A DNA stretch of 64,000 bases from Octopus sinensis (taxonomy: Eukaryota), in the NCBI RefSeq assembly GCF_006345805.1, contig NW_021832230.1, positions 215,003 to 279,002 on the forward strand. Direction: 5' to 3'. Made by a program: the position numbers and the translations under genes. The notes beneath the pieces are model-generated. The model was not told the DNA's origin and searched no databases. It was given only the letters and a program-made list of their open reading frames with translations. Positions 11,326 to 22,361 of this stretch are shown piece after piece; position 1 is the stretch's first letter; every line of letters begins with the position of its first letter.

Positions 11326-12818
11326 ACATTATGTTATTCATTTTTCTATAAATAATATAAACTAAGAATTAATTAAAACTAATAATTTTAATTTAAATTG
11401 GATTTCTCTGGGAGAGATCAACGGAGATAATCTTAAGGAACACGGTACAAGGGAGTCTTAATTAACTTTATGTTTTTTTGGGACTGTCAAATAATTTTCG
11501 TGGGTATAGTAAGAGGTTATGCCCTGGCTATCCGCAAATAACCAAACTAATCCAATGATCCTTTCTTTTTGAATTTAAATTGGATTAAAATTGAGACCCG
11601 ACAAGATGATAACCTTTCCCTTTAAAGAGGAAATTGTCTAGTCTGGGACGTCATAAACGTAAACTCTTATTTTGACCATTTTGAAAATTGGAATTTTTAA
11701 CAAAAAAATCAACTTTACAAAATAAAGAATTTAAAATTTTTATTATAATTGAAAGATATGAACACATCAATCAAATGTTATATATGACAAAAGCTTATAG
11801 AAGTGACATAAAACAAACTACGATTATGGTTTGACAAATTTCTAGCCCATGAAGCGGACTCATATTAAAAGTAACTGGAAATTGATTATAATATAATAAC
11901 AGGCTGCTACCTTAAAAAACAGAATATGAGATGAAGACCTAGAGTTATTTCAATAGTGTATATAAACGAGAATGATTTCTTTGAAATGTAACCCACTTAA
12001 GTTAGAGACAAAAATCAAAGTATCCAATGAGACAAGTAAATATTATCCTTGCTGTTTATAGAAAAGTATCTGAAAATAATTTTGAAAAGCAAAAGAATAA
12101 TGATTTTTATTGTAAGTCAATACTTTTGCCGGCAGAGTTGTCTCTTTATTAGAATTTTACATTTCTTTATTTAGTGTTTATGCCTCTAAAAATTATTTAT
12201 TAACGAATCGATAAATTAAATCTCAAAATTTTAAAACTAATGAAAAGTTTTTGACACTCTCCCTACAATTCTGGGATCACTTAGTATTTTTTTATTGGCA
12301 TTTCAACCCGCTTATCCTAGATAAAATAATAAAAATTACTACCAGAGAATCGACTTTGAACTTACAGATACCCACTTAGCTTAAAATAATAAAATATTTT
12401 TTTTGAGTAACATCATTTAATATAGAATTGTTTTACGTTTCCCAATTCTTGCACAGATCAAAAAGAAATTATTATCAAACGCAATTAGTAACATGAAATT
12501 GCAGTAAAAAATAAACAAGCATTGTGGTCGTTTCTAAGAGGCCTAATCAGATTTTTGTACACTTTTACTTGAGTTGCCAAGGTGTCCAGGAATGGCGAAA
12601 CAAAAAGTTACAATTTTAAAAAGAATATCAAAAAACGTATAGAATACTACAATATTAGTGAACTATAAAAACAGTATAAATTTATACAAAGTTTGAGAAT
12701 TCACAATTTAGTGTGGTTTTATCAACGATCGCGAATAAAACATTAGAAAGAAGTAGTAGAATAAAAAAATAAAAACACAATAAAAATTAATATTAACACA
12801 GCTAGAAATTAAATAAAT

Positions 12819-14298
12819 TCATGTAGCTTTGCTGTATATCGCGTGCATAGATAAAATCCTTGGGTCCGAAAAATATTTTTTAATATAGTCTTGCAATTCG
12901 ATTCCAACCATTATAACGAGCTTAAAATTAAAAAGAAACAATTCACCTCAACCCAACAAGGCGACTCGGTAATATACTTTCGTAGGTAATCGCCTCCCCA
13001 TCCTTTATTAAAGCTAACTTTCACCTCGCACATTTCTCTCTTTAATGAATGAATATTTTGAATATCTTCGCCTATCGTCATTAATTAGAAATACAAACTT
13101 TTGCAACTGAAGAGTTCATCAAGAATAATATCGAACAACCTTCTTAAGTTAAAAATCTACCCAATATGAAAAACCAGTTTATTTACCTCAATCCATGTTT
13201 TTGGAAACAACTTAAAAATGTCATTCCTCGACTCCATAAGCTCCCCTTTCAAAAACATTGGGATAGTCGCACGAGATCCAAGATTCATGGTATCAAATTG
13301 ATTCCTCTGAACCTCAAAACCACTGCCCACAAACTTACTGAACTTTATAAAGACATGTTAAAATACCGTGACTTGATCGAACTGGAAGATCGCCTGTCAT
13401 TCATAATCTTACCAATAGAAAATCGCCAAGGACGAGCACAATTTGCGTATCCGTCGACGGTAAAAATTTGGGATTCAAATTCAGTGTCGTAATAATCTCC
13501 AAAATGAGTGTCATACTCGTAATAGTAGACTCGACACCATGACTTTTTGTCTAAAACATATAAGTCTTGTCTAACATGAATCCCTGATCTGATGATAAAT
13601 ATCGTACAAATCGCCAAACAGAGGATTTGACTGATGTTTCCAAGATTTAGGGATGTAAGTTTTGAGTTCAGAGTAAGGCTGGTTATAATATGCCATTTCA
13701 TTAGAATTGTAGCTTTGTCGTGGATTGAAAGGAGGTGGTTGAGGTTGTAGATAAAACTCCTTATTCAATCTAACAGCCTCATCCAAAGACCTCTTTTTTG
13801 ATACTTCAGGATGACTAATTGCAGGGTTAACTAATAATAGAACACGTGCAAACTACCACTGAAGCCATAAATAGAGGTAATACGATCATAATGATAGGGA
13901 TTCACACATATGTTGTCGAGTTTGAGGTCAAATGGGTAATTGCAATGAATTTTATGTCTGAGTTCACCCCTTTGTAGATCAGGCCAGCGGAATATCTTTG
14001 CGAACATTATATGGGGAAAGCCTTTCTTTCCGTTAACCTAAAATGAGTCTGCGAAATAAAAAACTTGGAGTCTCCCGTCGAGTGTTCGTGGAATGGGGAC
14101 ACAGCCATTGGATTTGGTCCCATTACTGATGATGGCGTTGTAAAAATTATTCAAAATGTCATCATCATCTTTCAGTTTTTTCAAAAGACTCTCCAGAGAT
14201 CTTCTGGCATGATCCAAATCATCGGTGGAAGGAATTTTAGCCATGAGTTCATTGATGATTAAGTGCTGACGTTCGTTCCAATTAGATTTATGATTCAT
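12819..14298 (-). CDS. SMAD4: SMAD4/Medea-like co-SMAD (MH1 + MH2), copy 1
   Basis: MH1: RRSLESLLKKLK...[34 protein letters not shown]...CVNPYHY. MH2: WCRVYYYE...FTVDGY...RFSIG...VSFNKGWGGDYLRKYITESPCWVE. No C-terminal SSXS (predicted end YSKAT*). Confidence 0.88.
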
Positions 14299-15064
14299 TC
14301 ACCTAATAAATGTAATTTTAGAGTTTTATGTTGTAATTTTCAATTTGATAAACAATATACAAGGTAGAAGTTTGGCAACGAACAAACATAAAATAAAATT
14401 GAATACAAATTTTAAATAAAGTATAATATAAATTAATAAATAAAAATTATTAAAAATAAATATATTTCAAATAAGGTTAATAATATAAGGATTTTTATCA
14501 ATTCTATTTTTTAAATCAAACGAGTTTTTTATTATTAAATCCTTTTATTAAGTTTTTTGAAGAAAATGTCAGTTGGACTAATAGACGGCTGTTAGTTGAT
14601 GTCGTCAAATTGATTTTCCCATTTATTTATCCTTAAAAAATCAATTAATTTGTCAATAATTCAGAGAGGTTTACAGATTAAAATTAATTAATCTTGAAAT
14701 TTTATTTTACAGCAAATACAAAAGTAATCCTGAGTTTCAATTTTTTCATTTTATATTTAAAAATGATAATCATTACATATCAATTTCATTATAATTAGTC
14801 CGCCATGATTTATACGTTTATCAATCACTAGCTTAACTCTTAAAATAGTAACAATTTTGATTTGTTAGCCTCATAGTATTATAATCAATAACCAAATTAA
14901 TCGCATTAACATGTACTTTTAATTACTCTAATTTGAATATCAACAAAATGATTGATTACAGGGCAATAACTAACGTGTATAAATGTCTGGAAATAAAATT
15001 TTAGTTTACGAGTATAAAAATCAATGGAATTTTATATTATAAGTTTAGACACAATTACAATAAG

Positions 15065-15252
15065 GCGTTGCGAGAGTAATTCGCCTTCTATCCAATTGTG
15101 GTCGAGACAACTAGAGGAATAAGTGGGAAATCGCTTCACTTCCTAGAGAAGCTTCCACGACACATGTGAAACCCGGTTGATTCTCCAGTTGATCTCTGTT
15201 GCTATCGTCCGAGGCAACGCAACGTCAATAATGTTGGCTGGGTGCACTTCGG
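15065..15252 (+). mobile_element. CRE-clade 3'-terminal fragment
   Basis: FYPIVVETTRG...LQLISVAIVRGNATSIMLAGC. Confidence 0.75.
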
Positions 15253-15429
15253 ATGGATGGCTTTTTTAACTTCTAGTTAATAATTAAATAATACTAAAAT
15301 TAGAATGAGAATAACGATTAAAATGATAAATCATAGTTTAAGTCGTCAAATTTTTTTTAATAGAAAAGGTTAAATGCTAGCTAGAGTAGGTTGCTGAATG
15401 AGTAATCAAAAGCCTAAAAGTCAGCTCAA

Positions 15430-15830
15430 CGACGCCGCATTGCGTATTAAATGGGAGTTTGCACGGAGCACGGCAACCGAAATTCGGAGAAAAAGCCAGC
15501 TCGTCTCCCTTTAGTCGTCTGTTTTTGAGAAGATTCTTCTACTAATATCAGTGTAGAGTTGAGTCGCGACGTTGCCAAAGAGTCGCGAGGTTTTGAAGGC
15601 AAGGGGGGCAAACTCAAAAGAGTGCACAATACACAGGTATTTCGTCCTCTCTAAATTTTGAACTGAGCACTGGCTGAGTCCGGGTTGCTGCAAATCTTAG
15701 GTAGCATTGTCGCGAAAAAGAGTCGACGCATGTGAAGTCCCAAATCAGGAGCTTGCCATTGGTAGAAGAATCTCTCAGAGTGGAGGGGAAACCAGCCGAC
15801 TCTAGAGTCGTCAAAAATAATTAATAATTT
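15430..15830 (-). mobile_element. CRE-clade RLE fragment, present in copy 1 only
   Basis: TLESAGFPSTL...NGKLLIWDFTCVDSFS. The corresponding ~630 bp is absent from copy 2 (~55400-55440). Confidence 0.72.
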
Positions 15831-16439
15831 CCAATTTATATCCTTTCGCAAACTATGTTTTCATTTCTTTGTTAATTGTTAGCTTCAAAAAAATATTTTT
15901 TTATTATTACAGAAAGTTTGAAAGTTTCTTAGGATAGAAGAATCATCTTGGAGCAAAGAGACATATCCGAAAATCAATATATTATTTAAACACTCCATAT
16001 CAAATATCAAATTATAATTCAGCTGCCAAGAAAGGAACGTGTGATTTTCACAAGACTTCGCTGCGAACACTACCCCTGCCTTGGACGCGATTTCATAATA
16101 AAAAACCAGACAAAAGGCCCTGCCACGTGTGCAACCTGATTTCCTTCCACCAGTTGTTTTCCACCGGAAATTTTGCTACCATGCGCACCGTTTCGGGATC
16201 TCTGGGAGCGACCGGCCCAGAGTGTACATCACCTAATAACCGCAGGCTTCCTACATGTTGAGCAGTTCGAAGCTACTAACTAACTAATTTAGCTACATTT
16301 GCAATACCTGAAACATTAACCGTTGATTATAATAACAAAATATCATTGAGTTCAGTCCTTTTCATCCCAAAGTCATTCAGTCAAATACAACAAAAATAAA
16401 GCGGATTGTTCAAACTACGAAAATATTTTTGAAAACAAT

Positions 16440-16600
16440 AATAAAATATCGACCAGGCACGCGACGTTCCAAGTCAGGTACTTTCCTTTTTTAAACAAAC
16501 AGGGCGCCATCCAGTCGGCTTTTCTGCCATTCCTTAAAAAGATCCCCGTAGGTTCCAGTTTAGAGTAGAATACAGAAGCGAAATCCAGAATATAATTTTT
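16440..16600 (-). mobile_element. Old CRE-clade RLE fragment
   Basis: KLEPTGIFLRNGRKADWMAPCLFKKGKYLTWNVAC aligns by eye with [16 protein letters not shown]...GKCLAWDSTC. Confidence 0.6.
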
Positions 16601-16680
16601 AATATTTTTTTAAGCAAATTTCTTCTATTGTTAATAAATCCTTTGATAAGATAAAGTTAGTTAAAATTCCAAACAAAAAA

Positions 16681-17212
16681 TTAAATATCTCTAGTCTCAT
16701 TTTTATTACTAGAAAGTCCAACGACATCCTTTGCGTTGTCAATGACCGTAGATCTATGTTTACTTTAAGATAATAAGGATAACGTGTATTCACTCACGGA
16801 TTTTCCTATACTGCCAATATAGTCGTAAGCAGTCGAGACCCTATTTAATTACGAGTGGATATTTCACATTGGATTTGACTGTATTTTTTTGACTGTTTCA
16901 GAGTTGGATATTGAACTTTGAATCTGATTGATAGTTTTGTTTGTTTTAGCATATCTAGAAAATAGAATTAAATTCATTACAATGTTGAATCCTTGATGGT
17001 CTGTAATTGGTCTTTTAGATCCGTTTTGATTAGACCGAGGGTTGGTAAGTTTAAACGTTCTCTTAGTGCACTTGCTTCAGATTTCTTATCAGAAAGAAGC
17101 TTCTTTAAATCTTCTATTTCTTGTTCTAATACAGCTAACTACGCATATAATATTATTATGCATTTACTGTTCTTTCATCTTCTGTATCGTGCATATCAGT
17201 GTAGCTTGACAT
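16681..17212 (-). CDS. TPD52: Tumor protein D52 family protein, copy 1
   Basis: MSSYTDMHDTEDERT / LAVLEQEIEDLKKLLSDKKSEASALRERLNLPTLGLIKTDLKDQLQTIKDSTL / YAKTNKTINQ matches the D52 coiled-coil. Last intron is 21 nt (16763-16783). Confidence 0.8.
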
Positions 17213-17541
17213 TGTAAACAATTACACAACAAAGCAGTAATAATTAAAAGAATATAATAATTTATTAATGAGATTTTGAAAAAGCAAAATTATTTTATAT
17301 ATTAAAATAATTATTAGAAAGTTCCGAATTCGCAAATTTTTTAATTTCAAAGCAAATAGATTACTTCTCACAAAGATTTCTATTTTAGTTAGTTTACTTT
17401 AAATGCTTCCTCAAGATAGAAATTGGAAATCAAGTGTTTGCGTTAAATTAGAAATTTTTTTAAGAGTAAAATTAGAAATTATTATATAGGACTGACGGAA
17501 AATCATAAATTTAATTAAGTTTTCCTTGTGCCACAGTATCC

Positions 17542-17769
17542 TCACACACATCCGTTTCCAAGCCCCCTGTTCTTTGCTATAGTCCGTAATGAATCAAGAT
17601 CGTCCCCACTTTTCAGTCTTTTGTTTACTCCTGTCAAGTCTTCGTTTAACGCGGTAGGTAAAGTAACTCTAGGTCTTCCACGGAAAGCTCTTTTGGATCG
17701 GGCATAATATCCTGAATTGGCAATTTTTGGTTCTTCAAAAATTTTTGGCCAATTTGAGACTAAAATCAA
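17542..17769 (-). mobile_element. RTE-like non-LTR retrotransposon 3' end relic
   Basis: YYARSKRAFRGRPRVTLPTALNEDL...DDLDSLRTIAKNR, a typical RTE C-terminal motif. Confidence 0.65.
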
Positions 17770-19083
17770 AATAAATTTTATCTCATTACAAACGTTTCTG
17801 AAAATAAAATTCGATTCCCATCTGTTTTTTTACATTAAAACACTTTTTTATAACATCTGATTAGAGAAATCTACCAAAGCTTCATGTTTGTTTTTAATAT
17901 CTTCGAACAATTTATTTTCAATTGCAGTTAGTCTGACCGCGATTTCACTCTTGTTATTTGGCATTGAATATTCTATTTCATCATTATTATTTTCCAAAGT
18001 TTTATTTTGTGAATTTTCACATTTACTATTTCAATTAACAACAACAACAAGAAGCCCTGCCGCAAGATGAGAACGAAATGTTAACATCTCGCTTGGGTTA
18101 GCCACATAAGATCAAAACAAAGAGAGAACATGTTATTAGAAAACTAACTAATCCAAAGGAAGACAATCCAAACGATGACATGTGTCTCTGCTCCATCTAT
18201 TTTTCTTTTCGAGTGCGGCTGAAGTAGACTATTTCAATTGCATTATTTTCTTATCCATAATTAAGAAATTCTTCTATTTCCAACAGATCAAAAATATCCG
18301 TTTTTTCATTAGGAATATTTTTTAATTGTGCAAATTGTATATTATTTAAATTTCAAAAGTAATTATTGATCGTTTGTTTAGAAACGTGCTCCTATGCCAT
18401 TTTCACGAAAATTGTGGTATTTTTAGAGTGAGTATCTTGTAATATTTATAAACAGAATAGTTTTTATGTTCAGCTAAATCTATAGAATAGATAATTTTAT
18501 GTTTGTTAAAATACGTTTAAAAGATTTTACAATGAAAATCCATAGGCTGAACTAAGACAGTACTATTCAGGAAAAACATAAGAAAAAACATGCTTTTAAC
18601 TGTATTAAAAAATCCATTTCCTGTAAAAATTCAGATTTCGATAAGTTTATGTTTGTTACAAAAATATTTCTTGGAAAATTTTTAAAGATGTGCTTATTAT
18701 AAAAAAAGACAAAATAAGAAAAGTCAATTTTAAGGAAATCACTATTATAAAACTAATACACCATAAAAGGTCCACATCATTGCTTCACTGCCCAGGAATT
18801 TGCTTATCCTTATATTTAATCTCGACAAGACAAAGAACTACCAACTCCCAGAGGATTCCAAAACCATTGATAAAAAAGAGATATTCGTATAATAGAACTA
18901 AAAAATCTACAGATTTACAATTCTCCATTTGAAAACGGAAACAATTTAAATTTCAATTCTACGTAGGAACAGCCAAGCAGTCCTCTTTGCAAATAAATGA
19001 TCCTTCCCTTTCATTTTTTTAATAAAAGCATTAACTAGAAATATTTTAATAAGAAATTCCCAACAAAATAATTCAGAATTATA

Positions 19084-21077
19084 CTAAATGGGCACAAATC
19101 GCGGACCATAAATGAGAATATAAGCAATATGCCAATCTCCAGTACCACCCGACGTTTTAACGACGTCGTCAAAGCAATGATTTGATAGTGTCGTATCATT
19201 CGCTTTGATCCAAACATCGTCTAATTATAAACACAAATCTATAACTCTCTCGTCTAATCCAGGCTACATAATGGCCAGAATTGGAAGTTCGTCCCATGTG
19301 AGTCACTACAGAGCGCAATTGATACATTCCCGACGCATTTGACCCAAAATCTATAAAAATTATCAAATGATTATACCATCATCGAACCAATAAGGTTGAT
19401 GCACGTCTGAATTAAATTTAATTGACGGGGATTCATCTTTAGAACCAAAATTCTTGTCAAAATTTTCAATTTTAGTTCGAAAAGGGATCATTTGATTTTG
19501 CAGATGAGGAGTGCATAATGGGTAGAGATCCAATATTTTAGGGAAACCCACTTTTTTCAGAATCTTTGCATTAGTTTTAGTGTCTTCTTTATAATAAAAT
19601 CGGTTAAACTGGACTATTAAATAAGCTGGCAGACGTTTTAAACGACTCTAGATAATTGTACTAACTAGAAAATACTATTCGAACATAATCTCTCTCTTCT
19701 TGATGTTTAGCTGAGAAAAAACGAAGATTGCTTTCCAATGTCTAAAATTGTAATTAGACAGTAGACACCATCTCAATTCCTTTTGTTAGATGGTCAACAT
19801 TCCTTGTTATACCACAAGAGAGTTGGTATTCAACCTCCTCAGACATGAATTCCTCGTCATCATTCGAGGTTCTGTTTAACTTGATAAAAATAATACTTTG
19901 ATTCTATTTCAATTCCAAAGAACATATGAATAAAGTTCTTGTCTTGTATTTTTTGACACTAAAATTTTATTTGATAAAAAATTTGTACGTCAATTTTTAA
20001 ACCATCCTTTAGAACAGTCAGCATGTCATTTAAAAACTCTGCTGCATCCTTTTCAATAAAAAAACAAATAAAAGCAAACATGTTGTAAAAAATGCTGGGT
20101 CGTCATGTCCTTCTCAGCATAGCGAGGAAACAATCGATGTAATTCAGCAATGAATAACTTTAACATAAAAACAGCCTCACCGCTGGTTGTACATATGAAT
20201 AAATACCTCATTACTTAAAGTATTACAACACAAAATTACTTTCTAAAAGTTGATTATAAATATTTGATTCTTTAGGCTTGGTTTCACAAAAAAGCGACAC
20301 TTCCTTGTAAATTAGAGGTAGCATTGGCAATTTTCCAACATTGAAAGAGAGGGCTTCAATTATTTCTGGAATAGCCCATAGGCACTGAAGAACAGAGTTA
20401 AGATAGCACGTATTGTCATTATTTTCCAAGGGAATAACCTTATGGAACCATAGCGAGAAAAATTACCTCATGATGTCTATTTCTAAGTTTGTTGAATGCT
20501 AAATATGACGCACTGAAATCTGATTTTTCTTCTGATGGAGGCGCTATTTTGGCAGGAGAATCACTTTTAGAATTAACAGTACACGGATTTAGTGGGGCAA
20601 CATCTCCTGCCTGTCCGAGCAAAATAATCGTCTGCCCCTATATACAACAGTTTAGTTCAATAAAAATATTTTCTTTATAATAATCATAAGAAAAAAATAG
20701 CCAGGTAATTAGCGACTCTTAGATAGTTATTATTTTCAAATATTAGCATCTAATTAGTTAAAATTATAAATATTTAAATAAGTAGTGGTTTCTTACTTAT
20801 GATGACACAAAATGCTTTTTAATGCTTACATCTATAACTTTGATATCCTCCCAATCATCCTATCAAGTTTTTTAAAATAATAATGATTACTTCAATAAGT
20901 TTTCCTTTAATAATAAGTTTCTGTCGTTCAACACACACATTGGTCAAAGTCATCAATTGTGCTTTGAATACTATTGTGGGCTCATCGGTGTCAAGCGTGA
21001 TATTGTTAAATACTTGTGATACCCATTTTACATTTACTAAAATTGTTACAAGTTAAAATACCTTTATATATTGGCAT
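19084..21077 (-). CDS. USP14: Ubiquitin carboxyl-terminal hydrolase 14 (UBL + USP), copy 1
   Basis: MPIYKVNVKW...DTDEPTIVFKAQLMTLTNVCVERQKLIIKG; NNDNTCYLNSVLQC; RLPAYLIVQFNRFYYKE...FPKILDLYPLCTP; THMGRTSNSGHYVAW; GDWHIAYILIYGPR. Confidence 0.95.
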
Positions 21078-21484
21078 TTGATTTGAATCTAGAATAAAGT
21101 ATTAGAGTTAAAAAATATAATCATACTTTAGAGACAAATTAAATAATACTGTACAACAAGAGAGCAATAACTCAATGACTTAAATATTAATTAAATGTCA
21201 TTTTGTTTGAATAATAATAAATTACACGATTTTATTACATAACTCTATTAAACAAATTAAATAATAAATGAAACCTGGATTAATGTTAAAAAATTTGTAA
21301 TATATTCCGAGTAAAAAAATGCTGGCTCTATCAATTGATATCGCTCGCGATACTACGTGAAAATTTCCTGTTCATCCACTCTGTGATTAATCTTTTCTCT
21401 TTTTTGTTTGACTTGACTAAATTAAAAATAAAGTAAAAAAAATACGACTGAAAACTTGTGTCCATAAAAATTGATTTGGACCAT

Positions 21485-21960
21485 TTAATTTATTATTATT
21501 ATTATTTAAGCCAAACAAAATCACCGTCTTAACCATTAACTAACACGTTCAGGTGATTCCGACACTTCTCAACAGTCGAGCCATCTTTTCACGATGTTCC
21601 GACCGTGACCCCACACACTTTCTGTATGTACGGTGAATGGTTTGTGGTCCATTTCCACGATCCCCCCATTTGCCTCTACGAGAGACTCCAGTGTTCTATG
21701 GACAATTTCCCTATCGGTATGGTCCTTCAGTAGGTTGATAGATCTTTCTTGAATTTTTTCGATTTTTAGTCGGTTCGTTGCCGTCAGGTTACAGCCCCAA
21801 ACAGCACATGCATAGTCTATTGTTGGCTCGATATACTGCTTGTAAAGGGTCTCTACCCCTGGCGGATAAGTTCTCCCACAGTTCCAAAGGAAGGCTTTTA
21901 CAAAATTGATCTTCTTTATACAGGTTGATACGATCGATTCTACGTGAGGTGAAAAACAGA
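21485..21960 (-). mobile_element. I/Jockey-group non-LTR 3' fragment with (TAA)n tail
   Basis: LYKQYIEPTIDYACAVWGCNLTATNRLKIEKIQERSINLL, similar to the 42560-43168 element; tail TTAAATAATAATAATAAATT. Confidence 0.7.
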
Positions 21961-22150
21961 GGAAAGTAATTCCTTTAGTTAAAACATTAAACTAAGATTA
22001 TGAAGAATTCCGGTAAACTGACTGTATTTCTACTGCTATTTATTAAATTTTACACTTTTTGCTGTGCAACATGTATGGTATTAGACATTTCAGAAAGCTG
22101 CAAAGTCATAACCTGTAATCTGTGGTAGAGAACACTATACCATTTTCCAT

Positions 22151-22360
22151 ACTAAATGGGATTAACACCAAACTAAGTGAAATAAGCAGAAAACTAAATG
22201 GGATTAACGTCAAACTAAGTGTGATTAACATCAAACTAAGTGGGATTAGCAGAAAACTAAATGAGATTAACATCAAACTAAGTGGAATTAATACCAAACA
22301 ATATGGGATTAATAGCAAACTAAATAAGATTAACACCAAAAAATTCTTTGTTTAAAATTT
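22151..22360. repeat. 21-bp tandem array (AAACTAARTGGGATTAACAYC-like), an isolated end of an IS630/Tc1-like element
   Basis: About 9 units. 22290-22360 is the reverse complement of 27858-27935, including the non-repetitive flank AAAAAATTCTTTGTTTAAAATTTTAT. Confidence 0.85.
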
Positions 22361-22361
22361 T

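Noticed and set aside
11400-11700. Possible APE-endonuclease relic on the minus strand (KGKVIILSGLN; FADSQG...PKKHK)
   Set aside because: Motifs are too degenerate and interrupted by stops to support a call.
12200-12810. Possible small membrane-protein gene on the minus strand
   Set aside because: Hydrophobic stretches could arise from T-rich DNA; I could not build a consistent exon chain.
16020-16260. GC-rich segment, possibly the 5' part of a CRE element
   Set aside because: No diagnostic motif; only composition and proximity to CRE fragments.
22106-22355. 77-aa heptad coiled-coil-like ORF (+) and Leu-rich ORF (-)
   Set aside because: Both are translations of the 21-bp array, which recurs in inverted orientation at a transposon end; no gene context.
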